From the NCBI GenBank assembly GCA_951406725.2, contig OX597815.1, positions 67,146,001 through 67,210,000 on the forward strand: a stretch of 64,000 nucleotides of DNA, in the 5' to 3' direction. Positions 40,328 to 55,550 of the stretch are shown in pieces; the first letter of the stretch is position 1; the number at the start of each line of letters is the position of its first letter. The DNA comes from Octopus vulgaris (lineage: Eukaryota). The notes beneath the pieces are model-generated. The model made no database searches, was not told the origin of the DNA, and was given only the letters and a program-made list of their open reading frames with translations. The translations under genes were made by a program, and so were the position numbers.

Positions 40328-40471
40328 CTTTACTACCCACAAGGGGCTAAACACAGAGGGGACAAACAAGGACAGACAAACGGATTAAGCCGATTATATC
40401 GACCCCGAAAGGATGGAAGGCAAAGTCGACCTCGGTGGAATTTGAACTCAGAACGTAGCGGCAGACGAAAT
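40326..40471 (-). mobile_element. SINE family A with Tx1-like tail, 5'-truncated, abutting (TA)n
   Basis: TTTCTTTACTACCCACAAGGGGCTAAACACAGAGGGGACAAACAAGG... is the reverse complement of the 28030-28076 tail. Confidence 0.88.
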
Positions 40472-40980
40472 GTATGTATGTGTGCATGTACTATGTATGT
40501 ATGTGTGTGCCTGTACTATGTATGTATGTGTGTGCGTGTGTTGTGCATATATGTATAAATAAACACACACACACAGACACATCCGTTAATGTACAAATAT
40601 AAATATAATTCCAGGAATATAATTTCCTGTTCTAGCACTGTTTATGCATGCATGCATGCATACATACATACATACATACATGCATACATACATACATACA
40701 TACATACATACATACATACGTAAATATATACACATGCACATGTATGTGTGTATACACACATACATACTCACACACACACGTACGCACACACACACACACA
40801 TATATGTCTATATACATATGGGAATATTTTAGTATGTATGCATAAATATATGGGTGTAATAAGTGTATATATGTGCGAATACTGTCTATCTCTCTGTCTC
40901 CTATCCCGCTATAGCTCTCTATATATTATGCTTACGTACGTATGTATACCTGTTTACCTTATACATGCATACGGTTGTGC

Positions 40981-41058
<78 letters not shown>

Positions 41059-41152
41059 ATACACACATACTCATATTCAATAAATATCTATATACATACA
41101 CACATACAGGCCATGCTTATGTATGTATGTATCTATCAATTTATCTATCTAC

Positions 41153-41242
<90 letters not shown>

Positions 41243-42469
41243 ATTTATCTATACACACACACATACATACACACACATATGTATTTATAAATTTTTGTTC
41301 ATAATATCATCAAACAACATTTTTACAGTCACCTTTACATTAATGGAAAATGATGGAAAACACGAAAATTTACTTCGCATAGAAATAAAACAAAGCAAAT
41401 TAAAATAGAATAAATATATAAATAGAATAAAATATATGTTTATGATATCCAAGAAGAAATTTAAAACAAATGGAAGTAGAGAAGTAAAACCTGATGAATT
41501 TTAGCCTTAAAATGTGACCGAAAATAGTAGAACAAGTTGTTGACGACGAATAAATGGAAACATGCTGATGAATTTCAGGAACAAAATTGAATGCAGAAAT
41601 TTGTTGGAGAGAAGCACGTCAGTTTTCTCGAAAAACTGACCGAGCTATGAATATTCGATTTTTATCGACATTGATTAATTCTGGTGATATCGCTTCTGAA
41701 TCACATTTGCTGTATTAAACACGTAAAAAGAAAAATTTGAAATAAAATAAAGCCATGTCGACAAATATAAAATGATTGCGACAAATTCATCTTAGCCAGG
41801 CGGCAAAAATTCAAACAAATTATTTTCATAGAGTGTTGTATTTGATTAAATTTGTTTTTCTCCATCAGATTTTTGTTTTTATATTTTATCTCTGAAACTA
41901 ATAGTGTCTGCTGGTTTGGTTGTTTGAAAGGAACATATTCCGATGGAATGTATTCAATTTTAATGTCACAGTCTTAGCATGATCTTTCTGTTTATTAATT
42001 TGATAACAGTCATGTTGAAAAGAAGAATTTAAAAGTATGAATAGCAGTTGATGTAGCTTTGTAAAGGACAACGAGAAGAGGCATCCGTCGCCATCTTAAT
42101 AATGTTTGTAATCATTACAAATATTTCAACATTATTTAACAATAGAATTCTGAATCTGTTTTCTAGAGGTTAGAATATAAAATATTATTGTATGATTTCT
42201 CAGCCAGAACGTTGTTATTCTATTGTTATCTGGATTTAATATAAACTTAAAACTTGTCATATGTGGAACGTTTCAAGAAAATAGATTGGCAAATTGAATC
42301 AGATTCAATAACAATAGAAATGAAAGACTCATTCTGTTAATGACAGAAATTAAAGGAACACGATTTTGTGTTCAATAGTTTGTACGAAAGTTAGAGTAGC
42401 AAGCAAGATGGCAGAAAGAATAAAACACGGAACTAAGTTTCAAATATAATTTAGCTAGTTTCTTTCTGA

Positions 42470-42915
42470 TCTTTTACTTGTTTCAGTTATTAGACTGGAG
42501 CCATGCTGAGATGCCGTCTTGAAGGGTTTAGCCGAACAAACCGACCCCAGTATTTATTTCCGAAGTCTGATACTTTCCACAAACATATTCACTTTATAGT
42601 TTCAAAATATGTCTCAGACATCTCTGATGGAAGCATTTTAGGACACTTACATGGTACCTGTAAAGAGTACAAATCTCACGTGAGCAACGGAGCGACATCT
42701 GCACACACAGACACTCGCAGACACAGACAGACAGACAGACACACACAAACACACACGGCGGGCTGCTATAGTTTCCGTCTACCAAATTCGGGTGGCTACA
42801 GTTTCCCTCTGCCAAATTCACTCCCAAGGAATTGGTCGGCATGGGGTTATAGTACAAAATCACTTGCCAAGGTACCGTGCAGGGAAACTGAACCCAAAAC
42901 CACATGGTTGCAAAG
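42470..42915 (-). mobile_element. SINE family B with an internal unrelated insert
   Basis: Tail at 42470-42575; head and core at 42760-42915 (CACTTGCCAAGGTACCG..GAACCC). Confidence 0.75.
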
Positions 42916-43445
42916 CGTGTCGACTTCACGTTTAATTTGTGTGTAGAATTCATCCGTGTGTCTCAATGTTGTTTCTTTTAAAAAGTTATATCAATACACT
43001 AGGATATACATTACAAACATTGGTGTGTGTATCGTTAAAATGAATCAACGCTTCAAACTGAAGAGATGATTGAGGCAGCACTTTGATGATGTCATATCCC
43101 TTGCTTATGTCAAGCAAAGTGGCACTTATATACATGGGGTGTTCGTAGCATGAAATACATGAAGTTAAGTGAGGGATGTAGTAAGCCTGAACCAAAAAAT
43201 GTTTTTAATTAAATGGAATGACACTCATAATGAGAAGAAACATAATTAGATTTAATGAAAATTATTGTCAGCATGGATAAAGAAAGCACCTTCGAAATTT
43301 AAGTTGATAAAAATTAAATGCATAGTTAGAAGAGTGCGGCGGAATGTTCGGCTGTCGATGTTCGAAACGGAGAGCGCGAATTTATGAGACGGAAGAAGGG
43401 GTAGAGAAAAATTGATAAAATATCTTCAGGAATATATGTTAGAAG

Positions 43446-43514
<69 letters not shown>

Positions 43515-44702
43515 TCGATGTCAATCGACTTTACTTTTATTCTAGTAATGAAAGAAGAGTGTTGTAGTTTATTTGAAGCATTATTATATAAAATGAATTA
43601 CATTATAAATGTGTATGCATATTTATAATGTATATAAAAGCCAGAAACAGCACTAACTATAATATATTGTCTGAGAGAAACTTCACAGAAAGACGTGTTA
43701 AAAACACACAACTCCTCTCAGAACATCAGTGGATTACTAGACACCGTCTATCCACCTGATTTGGTCTCCTAGGTGACGCGTACCCCTGGCGTTCTGAGCT
43801 AAGTGGAATAAATACTTAATCTGATATAGAAATCGGTAAACAAAACCTACAGACTTGTACGAAAACCAGTCATGCTAGGGTTAAATTAATGTGCTTTTGG
43901 TACAAAAGTCTCGTTGTGGAGTTTCTCTGCGACAAAGTATTACATATAACTTGTTTTCAAGTTATAGAGTATACAACCTTTGATATTTTGTCTTCTTATA
44001 CTTTAGAATACCACTTTATAATTTAGAATAGCTTGTATACTTTTGAGTACTTTCTTATTCTTTAGAATAGCTTCTATATTTTAGAATACCTTTTAAATCT
44101 TGAAAATACTTCTATACTTGCCTTGAAGTTTTAGAACGTTGTTAACATAACGATTAGATTTTAACAGCGAGAAGCGAAAATTTGATTGGTTTATGCCATT
44201 CAGTTTCAAAGAATATGCCAAATGGTTCCAGTCAATAACTGAAATCAGGATGCTTGCCTTCAGTGAATACCTTTTGTTACTGAAGAAAATAGAAAGCAGC
44301 TCCATAAAAGCTTTACCTTCTACAAACTAATAACATTTATTTTAGATTAATTACATATAAGGATAAAATAGATTTAGTGATTCTTGTTGAAATTTTCCCA
44401 ATATGTGTTTTTCTTCCAACTTGTTTGTTTGTCCTGTGGGTAGCCCAATTCATTAGGTTAGCTAGCTTCTCTGTTAAAAGAAACTCACAGCGAGTGCAAA
44501 GAAACTAAGCTATATCAAATGGATTTTTTTTTAGCTCATTCACTTTCACCTTTAGGGAATTCTCTTTCTTTCGTTCATCATATTTTAAAAATGTTTTATA
44601 GCTTTTAATGTATAGAATGCATTTCAAATTATACATACATACAGGCATACACATACACGCACATATATGCACGTATAACTCTCAGGATCTAAGTCATGAA
44701 TA

Positions 44703-44780
<78 letters not shown>

Positions 44781-45197
44781 GCACACACACGTATGCAACC
44801 ACTAACATGATACGTATAAAATAACGTGTTGGCAGTAACATAGGTTTTCCTCCTTCTAATCATTTAAATTAACTTTGAAAGATAAATTCTAATTTATTTA
44901 AGTTATTTATTCTTTTCATTAGGTGTCACTAACAACTTCCACTAGATTTTTGCTTTCTTTCTCTAATTAACTGGGAAATTTCAGTTAATTAAGAATATGT
45001 TGAGTACGGAATTCAGCACAATACCATCTAACTTTTATATACATAGATATTATTTAGTGTTTAAAATGGCGAAATAGGTCAAATCGAGGGGATTATATGA
45101 TAGAGAAGTTGGGACTCACTGATGTAGAGAAATTTTAGAATATTCCATCTATATTTTGCTTTCTTATACTTTAAAAGTATCTTTTTATGCCTTAGAA

Positions 45198-46365
45198 CAG
45201 GGCTCCTTCACCACCGGACAGCGGACCAGTATCAAGCCTTGGATCATATGGCACCGGACCTCATAGAAAGAATAACTTTTTGAAATTTACTTTTATTTTA
45301 TTGACTGTCGCATGGGTCCGCTACTCTTCATAATTTACACAAACGACCTTTCCAGTGTCGTACATTACTGCAAAGTGAAAATATTTGCTGATGACACTAA
45401 GCTCCAGCAAATCGTCAATGAAGAAGCAGACCGAACTCAACTCCAGTCTGATCTATATGCTGTGAGTCAATGGGCAGACAGAAACAAAATGCAACTGAAC
45501 GAGGGAAAATTTGAGCTGATGCATTTTGGAAGAAATTCCTCACTAAAACAGCCATACTCTCTTCCTTCAGGGGAACCGCTCTTGCCTCTAACAATATCAG
45601 AGACCTGGGTGTAATTGTTGATGACGATCTCAGTTGGAGTGCACACATCAACAAGAAGGTCGATATAGCTCGTAGGATGAGTTCCTGGATCTTAAGAACT
45701 TTCCGGTCCAGAGAACAAGGTGTCATCATACCACTTTTCTCCTCCTTTGTACGGCCACACCTCGAATACTGCTGTCCACTGTGGTCTCCCCATACAAGAC
45801 AAAACATCTCGAGGATTGAGTCACCTCAGAGGGCACTCACTAAACGAATTGAAGGCATGGCTGCTCTCGATTATTGGGATCGCCTTAAAGCCTTGAAACT
45901 TTACTCTCTCCAGTGTCGCCATGAGCGGTACATCATTTGTACGATGTGGAGAATATACCGCCAACTTTGCCCAAACGACCTGAACATTAGCTTCAAGGTT
46001 CATCCAAGACTGGGACCACGGGTCATACGTCCCCTGCCCAATTCAAGATCACAGCATACATGTACACTGCAACATAATTCTTTTCCTCAACAGGCCTGCC
46101 CTATTTAACATTGTCCCGAAAGAGATCAAAGAGGAAAAGGATCCCATCAACTTTAAACGGAGTCTGGATAGATTCCTTCAAAGAATACCAGATAAGCCAC
46201 CCATAATTGGATACAACTCACCCAACAAGAACTCACTGCTTGAATGGACCATAAACAAAACTTGACTTAAACAGGATTCGAATAATCCTATCAGGTGGTG
46301 CTATTAAGTTAGACATGGCCTGGACCAATCTTTGGTCGAAACATATCTAAGTTTATCTAAGTTTA

Positions 46366-46416
<51 letters not shown>

Positions 46417-46464
46417 ATATATGGCGGTGCCCCAGCATGGCCACAGCTCCTGAGCTGAAACTAG

Positions 46465-46550
<86 letters not shown>

Positions 46551-46594
46551 TGTATGTATGTATGTATGTATGTATGTATGTATGTATGTATGTT

Positions 46595-46638
<44 letters not shown>

Positions 46639-46802
46639 TATATATTAGACACACACACACAATATAATATAATATAATATAGTGTGATAATTAAATATAT
46701 TATGCACTTTAGTGTATCTTGTCATGCGTGTGATCCCCCGCTCATGGAAAAATTAACTTGCATGAAACCGGTTCGTGGTAGAAGAAAGGTTGGGGAACAC
46801 TG
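45198..46802 (+). mobile_element. MER1-like hAT MITE split by nested insertions
   Basis: Left end CAGGGCTCC...GCGGACCAGTA; right end CATGAAACCGGTTCGTGGT..AAAGGTTGGGGAACACTG. Flanks CCTTAGAA / CCTTTTAT may be a decayed 8-bp TSD. Confidence 0.6.
45311..46345 (+). mobile_element. CR1/L2-group LINE, 5'-truncated, RT C-terminal half plus 3' tail
   Basis: GPLLFIIYTNDL, KIFADDTKL, DLGVIVDDDL.W..HI, VRPHLEYCCPLWSP, LKLYSL..R.ERY. Ends in the tandem tail TATCTAAGTTTATCTAAGTTTA. Confidence 0.93.
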
Positions 46803-47129
46803 CCTTTTATTTGCAAGAAACCTTTTATACTTCGTTTGAAGTTTTAGAACGATTGGAAACCATTTTTTAATACTATATTTAAACCTCAGATCAGCAGTGA
46901 TTGAACAAATATCTATGATGAAAGCATTCCATCATGACCCCTCAAAGCGACTTCCACACATTTTTTTCCCCACTGGAATAGATTTTCGTTTAAATGAAGA
47001 GATCAATTGAAATGAGAAGAAATATTTATGTCGCTTTAGAGAGACAGCTTAGAAATTTGGTGTTATTATCAATGTCAGATGTGATCAGGAAAGCGAAATC
47101 CTACGCTGAAAAATTATACATTTTTATCT

Positions 47130-47605
<476 letters not shown>

Positions 47606-48264
47606 CAGTCTGAAGTTGCTGAGGGAATAGGTGTGTTTCCAGAAAAAGAAACCAGTTTCTGATCCAGAGTGGGTTAGGCCAGTGCGCTCTTATCCTGAAT
47701 CTCTTATGTTAATGTTTTCTTTATCTTCCTGTTGCTCTTTTCCTTCACTCTCTATAGGATGTAAAGTGTAACTGGGCAATCAACCAACCAACTAACCGAT
47801 CAACAGTTATAGATGTCGTTGGTCATTGTGTTTTTTTATATTAAGAAACCGGTACATACATAGACGGACGTACACACATACACACACACACAATATACAC
47901 GCGCACACAGTTGACCCGCGGTTATTTAGAGATAGTTGGTGATGGCTGCCTGCTTGAAGACTGATACAAAGAGTGAGAGAGAGAGGGAGGGGAGGGAAGG
48001 AGAGAAAGGGAGAAAGAGGGAGAGTAAGGGAGAAGGAGGGAGAAAGAGGGAGAGTGAGGAAGATGAAGAAAGAAAGAGAGATAGAAAGTGAGAGAGGAAA
48101 TGTGTGTGTGAGGGAGAGAGAGAAAGTGAGTGAGGGAATGTGTGATAGAGAGAGATAGGGTGAGGAAGCCATATGTGACAGTTATGATCGGTAAGAGATG
48201 CGGTTAACTGGTGTCGCTTCTTTTGCAGAATAAACACATACGAAAGCAATGTATGGTTAGTGAG

Positions 48265-48360
<96 letters not shown>

Positions 48361-48803
48361 AACACACACATATACACACATACACACACGCACACACACA
48401 CACATACACAAAAACAAACACACACAGAGAATAGTCTGTACATATACTGTAATGCTTATGTGGATGTGTATAAAATGTACATAAATTACGTTTATGTATT
48501 TGTTTTGCAAGATTCTTGATGTGAATGAAAACTTGTGTTGAAATAGATACTGCTATACTGTACTTGGCAATGGTCATCTTTTTCCAATTAAGTGGCAAAA
48601 AAATGACTATCCCCGAGTTGTACATAAAGCTGTACACACATATTTATGGTATGTAATGTATATGTGTGTGTGTATACAGGACATTACTCATGGACATTGA
48701 ATTAGTTAATGGATCACTGAGTTGAATGTAGAGAGAGAAATATTTTTTCCGAATGGAAACTTATAGGAATGCGTTTTAATCACACTAGTATACAGTCTAA
48801 GTC

Positions 48804-48864
<61 letters not shown>

Positions 48865-48869
48865 CACAT

Positions 48870-48961
<92 letters not shown>

Positions 48962-49058
48962 TTAAAGTGATTTTTGGGAAAAATGGTTCTCGAAGCACGT
49001 CACATAGCTACAAAGAATAACGCACAAACATTGTGAAAAAGCCGATGGTAGCCTTCGA

Positions 49059-49127
<69 letters not shown>

Positions 49128-49180
49128 CGAATAATACATATATATTAATAATACATATATAATAATGATAATAATAATAA

Positions 49181-49660
49181 TTTTGTCTTGGTATAAAAGA
49201 TGGGCTACACCAAATATTCTGCTCAATACCACAGATTTGCTTGTCAGTTGTTTGACCTTAACCAGTTGAGCATGTCCCTTAGTGGCTGACGATATGTGCA
49301 TCTCAGATCACGAGCAGAAGTAGTGGGGGAGCATGATAGCCATGTGTTGAGAAGGATTCTTTGGGGTTTGAATAATTCACCTCTGGAAACATGGGTGGTT
49401 TTTTCAACATCCTTAAACAACCCTTATTCAGGGACCGTTTGAGCGGGATGGGCTACTCAACCTGAAGAGAATTCTAACTGGGCCCCACCTGCAAGGTCAT
49501 CTGCTGTTTATCTTGATATGAGATCACCATGTCGCGCACATATGGTTGTGATGCATGTGCCTGGTGTACCCTTATTAGACGGGTAGTCATGATGGGTATA
49601 TTGGGCTTCGTATATTTAACCCCAGTGTCACTTTGATAGCATGAACTGCTCTCTCACTCA
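49181..49660 (+). mobile_element. ~480-bp non-coding interspersed element flanked by (TAA)n
   Basis: GC-richer island with sharp edges, inside (AAT)n on both sides; ends CTCTCTCACTC-AATAATAAT. Confidence 0.6.
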
Positions 49661-49881
49661 ATAATAATAATAATAAAAATAATATATATATTATGTAAAC
49701 TATACCTCGAATTTCCATTTCTAGGAACGGTTACCTTTAAGGAAACTTGTCCGCTCCTCTATTGTGCGTTAGAAGTAATTTGCACTGTATTTGTTGGAGT
49801 ACTGACTGTGTATACAACTCGAATTTGTCTGATATATATATATCTGATATATAGTGACCACTATATGGTCGACTCTGGCGC

Positions 49882-49930
<49 letters not shown>

Positions 49931-49978
49931 ATACATATATACAAACATATCCATATGTATATATATGTATATATATGT

Positions 49979-50023
<45 letters not shown>

Positions 50024-50090
50024 AACACACAAACACACATACACACTTATATATATGCATACCTACTTACATATACTTATATTCATGTTA

Positions 50091-50140
<50 letters not shown>

Positions 50141-50399
50141 CATATATATACGCAAACATACATAAATGCTTATAAATGGAGATATATATAAAACTGAAAC
50201 TATATGCACATATATAATGTACATACATCCAATAATAGATGGTGTATTGGAAATATATATATAGATAGATAAATATATGTACACATACATAGACAAACAC
50301 GCACACACATACATCAATATACCCTATGTATATACACATATATCCATGTATATATAACGCACGCACCCTATTAAGTAAGATTGTTCTGTTTATCAAGTT

Positions 50400-51270
50400 A
50401 GCCTTGATATTAACTCTCACGCGACTCTGCATCTTTCTTTCTTTCTCTCCCATTCCCTTTTTCGTCCTTTTTCCCTCACTTAACTTGTCTCTTCCTCTCT
50501 CTCTCATTCTTCATTCTCTCTCTCCCCCTCACCATTCTTCATGGTCTCCTCGCACCATTCCCCTTCTTCTCTCTCTTCCTCTTGCTCCTCCTCCCCCATT
50601 CCCGTCGTCCATCTGCGACGATACTTCCGTCGTAACTGCTATCCTGTCTTTTCTCGCCCGCCTTCTAAGGCCACTGGTCGACATTCTTTCTCTCTCGTCG
50701 TCCACTATAATCCAGCGTTTGCATTACTTTTTTCGTCTGGCGTAAACAGCCCTTCTTATCTTGTTCTCCTTGTCCTGTCTCTCACTGTTATATATTTATT
50801 TTTCAACTGTTTATATATAATTTTTTTTTTTTACTGTTTATATGTTTGTACTGTCGTTACCGTCTTGCTTTTTTTACCATTTTTTACCCCTCTGCGAAAA
50901 GATCTCAGAATTTTAATTGATTTGCTTTTCGCAGGAAGGAAGTTTCTTCGAAGTATACGTCTCGCTTTTATCCTTCGAAACGTAGAGTAGATGAAACCTT
51001 AGCGACTGAAGAAGGGGATTTTTCGTTGTGCTTCAGCACAGCTGCTGAAGAAGGATGTGAAATATATATGCAATACATATGAAATATATATCAAAAATAT
51101 ATATGGAATATATATTCAATATGTTTATAATCCAGAAACATGATGTTCACAGATAACCGCCAGACTTCGTATTCGTTATCTATTCCTTCTGTTTTGCATA
51201 TGTGAATTACAGGGTCTGTCATGCCCGGAGTCCAACTTTGATAGAAATAAGCATTCTTGACTGCTATTTC
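50400..51270 (+). mobile_element. Penelope-like terminal-repeat remnants with hammerhead-like cores
   Basis: CCTTCGAAACGTAGAG (~50972); CTGAAGA at 51006 and 51045; AGGAT...ATCCA-GAAAC at 51135. Confidence 0.45.
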
Positions 51271-52032
51271 TATTTTTTCGGTATGCGGTCAAGCAACCTG
51301 TTTTGCCTGTCCCTTTTTCTTATATGAATATATATAGGTAGATATATGTATACATACATAGACAAACACACACACACATTTATATACCCATATATACATA
51401 CATATATATGTATATATACATATATGCATGCATATATAATGTATATATTAAACAATATATACGTGCATTTGTGCAAGGTGTGTGTTCAATTCTATATCAA
51501 TGTATGTACCTAATTCCTCATTTGTGTGTCTTTTCTTAAAAGCTGTAATGCTTTCAACGTGTTTTTTCTTCCCTTAAAGGAATAAATATTCAACCGCATT
51601 TCTAAAATATCTGTGCATTAGTTTTGTGCAGTTTATGCATTGAGCTGCAGTATTTCATAAATCACATACAAGCGTGAAGACACGAATAGGGAAATAAATT
51701 GGAATATATAATGCATATTCACACATATGCGATTGTATGCGCGGCTAAACATAGAGGAACATATCACATACAAAAATACATACATACATTCATGCATACA
51801 TGCATACATGCATACATACATACATACATACATACATATACATACATACATACATACATACATACATACATAAAAGCAAAAGATTCATTCGCTCAGGATG
51901 AGGGGAAACCTACACACAGACATACACATGTCTCTTTCTCTTTCTGTCCTCTATCTATATATTTATATACATACATGCGTATATATGTATATATATATAT
52001 ACATATGCATGTATACACACACACACACATAT

Positions 52033-52066
<34 letters not shown>

Positions 52067-52473
52067 ATACATACATACACACACAGAGACATATAATCAA
52101 AGTAAGCAACAAGAATATCCAGAGGTAATTGCTTATTTTGATTAGAATCACCCCATTTTTTAAATACTATGTTTAAACATCAGGCCAGCAATTATAGAAC
52201 AAATATCTATGATGAAAGCATTCCATCAGTGACCCCTCAAAGCGACTTCCACGCATTTTTTAAATTTCCACTGGAATAAAAGACTGAAGACATCAACCAC
52301 CTTATTGCTAACTGTGAGAGAATGTCTTCTTCCAATAAATATCTTCCCATGAATATCATCTTCCCATGAGGCATGATACAGTGGCCAGAACGGTCTGGAA
52401 CACGATGACAAAAAAGAGATTATCCATAAACGAGGTTGATAATATTGAGACCGATGGGTCAAAAGAATACTGG

Positions 52474-52815
52474 TAGAACCTGAAAATTAAAACAGCCATC
52501 AAATCCCAGTGAAAGCCTCAATAAAATGTAAGCATAACAGACCTTATATAATGAATGACTAGGGATGGAGAAGAAAAACTGTGTACAGTTGTGGAAATTA
52601 AATTCCCAGCGGATGTTAACATAAAGCTGAAGATCAGGGAAAAAGAGAATACCTACGCTGAACTATTGAGAAATCTGCAGATACTCTATCCAGATTACAA
52701 GTTCAGGTTTACACCTGTAATTATTAGGGCCCTGGGATATGCAACACACTGCCTAAACACAAATCTTGAGAAATTAGGCTTCCCAAAATCAGACAGGAGA
52801 AAGCTTTTGATCTAG
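52474..52815 (+). mobile_element. RLE-type non-LTR retrotransposon C-terminal fragment
   Basis: KCKHNRP...EEKLCTVVEIKFPADVNIKLKIREKENTYAEL...FTPVIIRALG, the RLE PD..E..K..Y signature. Confidence 0.8.
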
Positions 52816-53034
52816 GTAAGGAAATGGTCCTTTCTCTGTTTGCAAGAAACGTTGAAATCAAACTGAATAATGACATACATACATAATTATAGAGAGCATT
52901 TCCAATTTAAATTGCATGATACAGGCAGTATTCAGATCTCTTGATGCATTCTTTTATCGCTCTCTTTTTCTCACTGCTTCTTTTATTTTCTCCCCCCCCC
53001 TCGGTCTCTCTCTCTCTCTCTTTTTATATGCGTG

Positions 53035-53255
53035 TGTGTCTTTGTGTCTGTGTTTGTCCCCACCACTACATGACAGCACGTGTTGGCGTAACTTAGCGGT
53101 TCGGCAAAATACCCGATAGAATAAAGTGCCAGGTTAAAAAACAAAACAAAACATAAAAAGGCCTGGTGTCGATTCATTCAACTAAAAGTTCTTCAAAGCG
53201 GTATCCCAGCATAACCGCATCTAATGACTGAAACATAAAAAATAAAAGATAAAAG
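53035..53255 (+). mobile_element. SINE family B 3' half
   Basis: GTAACTTAGCGGTTCGGCAAAA..CCGATAGAATAA...CCAGCAT..CCGCA..AATGACTGAAAC. Confidence 0.8.
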
Positions 53256-53320
53256 ATGCACATATTATACATATGTGTGTGCGCGCGCGTGTCTTTGTGT
53301 TTGTGTGTGTGTATGTATGT

Positions 53321-53646
53321 GAAGGCGCAATGGCCCAGTGATTAGGGCAGCGGGTTCGCAATTTCGATTCCCAGACCGGGCGTTGTGAGTGTTGATTGAG
53401 CGGAAACACCTAAAGCTCCACAAGGCTCCGACAGGGGATGATGGCGAACCCTGCTGTACGCTTTCAACACAACTTTCTCTCACACTTTCTTCCTGTTTCT
53501 GTTGTACCTGTATTTCAAAGGACCAGCCTTGTCACACTGTCACGATGAATCAGCCCGAGAACTACGATAAGGGTACACGTGTCTGTGGAGTGCTCAGCCA
53601 CTTGCACGTTAATTTCACGAGCAGGCTGTCCTCGTCGTCGTAACCG

Positions 53647-53648
<2 letters not shown>
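53321..53648 (+). mobile_element. tRNA-derived SINE (family D)
   Basis: GGCGCAATGGCCCAGTGATTAGG (box A) and TTCGATTCCC (box B), then a unique body, bounded by microsatellites. Confidence 0.7.
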
Positions 53649-53677
<29 letters not shown>

Positions 53678-53682
53678 CATAC

Positions 53683-53804
<122 letters not shown>

Positions 53805-54051
53805 ATGCATGTAAACATATATATATATTTATGTATGTATATATTTAGATCTATCTATCATTGGAAACGAAGAGGAGAGTGGAAATTTATTCACATCCAT
53901 AACTTTTTATTAAAAGAGTTTTCTACAGCATATATAACGATGACCGACATATGTTTCAATTGCAGCAACTACACACTGCTCTGTATGCAATCATGCATCC
54001 TAGTCACTGCAATTCCATCAACGATCCATCACTTACGACGTTTTCAAAGTA

Positions 54052-54276
54052 CAGTAATCCCGCAAATATCACGAGTGTTACATTCTAAAACCCCACGCGA
54101 TAGGTGAAAGTCTGCGAAGAAGAAACAGTACGGAACTGTATATTTTTTTATCATTATTTTTATAAGTTGAATATATTTATTTTATTACGAATGAGAAAAT
54201 AACACTACGGAGGAATCAACGTAAGCTTAAATAATAAACCATGATAGGTGAACCATGGTATGGCCAGGGATTACTG
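54052..54276. mobile_element. pogo/Tigger-type MITE
   Basis: TA-CAGTAATCCC...GGGATTACTG-TA: 10-bp perfect TIR with TA target duplication. Confidence 0.85.
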
Positions 54277-54295
54277 TATGTACCTTATTATTTTA

Positions 54296-54682
54296 TTCTT
54301 CTATTTGTTTCAGTCATTTGACTGTGGCCATACTGGAACATCGTCTTAAACGGTGTTAGTCGAAGAAAGCGATCCCAGGACTTATTCTATGTAAGTATAG
54401 TACTTATTCTGTCGGTTTCTTTTGCCGAACCGCTAGGTGACGGGAATATAAACACACCAGTATCGGTTGCCAAGCGATGCCAGGGGGACAAACACACACA
54501 CACACACGAATATATATATGTATATATATATATATATATATATTCTAGTTTCCGTCTACCAAATCCACTCACAAGGCTTCGGTCAGCTCGAGGCTAAAGT
54601 AGAAGACACTTGCCCAAGGTGCCACGCAGTGGGACTGGACCCGGAACCATGTGGTTGGAAAGCAAGCCTCTTACCACACACC
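54296..54682 (-). mobile_element. SINE family B, near full length
   Basis: GTTTCAGTCATTTGACTG tail...GTTTCCGTCTACCAAATCCACTCACAAGG...GACACTTGCCCAAGGTGCCACGCAGTGGGACT. Confidence 0.9.
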
Positions 54683-54686
54683 TACG

Positions 54687-54768
<82 letters not shown>

Positions 54769-54949
54769 GTATGTATATATAAATAGATGTGTGTATTTTC
54801 CTCTTGTTAACAATTAACACAGAAAATATATATAAATAGTTACCAGGGTAGCAAAAAATTACACAAGTAAAAAGGTTGTAACTCCTTGTTTTTAAAGGTA
54901 GAAACTTCGAGTTTACTTGAAATATTTTGCATAATATAGATAAATAAAC

Positions 54950-55433
54950 AAATGGAGTTAAACGCAGGTGTTATTCAAATTCTTTTACTTCCGATACATG
55001 TTTCGAAGATATCACTGGTATTAGTCCAAAGGAATAAAATGGTATAAAACAATGTAATCATCTCTTCAGAGAAGTGAAGAAACTCGTCAATAAGACATTT
55101 CAATACAAAATGATGGATATGTATAGTGATTAACTGAACGCTATTAACTTCGTTTCAAAAAAAATGTTATAGGAAATAACGTCAAAGATAGCCTATAGAA
55201 AGAGGAGGGATAAAGGAAAGAAAAACTAAATAAATGGGAAGTATATAACTATATGAATATTATATATAACCATATAGACTTGGAAAAAGATATAACTAGT
55301 GAATGTAAATGTAAGAAGAAAATTAATGTTTACATTGTTTTACACCATTTTATTCCCTTGGAATAATACCAGTGATATCTTCGAAACATGTGTCGGAAGT
55401 AAAAGAATTTGAATAACATCTGCGTTTAACTCC

Positions 55434-55437
<4 letters not shown>
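54950..55437. mobile_element. High-identity inverted repeat (~108-bp arms) of a Penelope-like terminus
   Basis: 54950-55057 versus 55330-55437. The left arm on the minus strand continues into a hammerhead, ACTTCT-CTGAAGA...GAAAC-ATGT-ATC-GGAAGT (55075-54987). Confidence 0.88.
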
Positions 55438-55481
<44 letters not shown>

Positions 55482-55505
55482 TGCGCATGTGTATGTGTTT
55501 GTATG

Positions 55506-55550
<45 letters not shown>

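Noticed and set aside
46761-46780. GAAACCGGTT as a hammerhead half
   Set aside because: It is the subterminal motif of the MER1-like hAT MITE, with no CUGAnGA partner.
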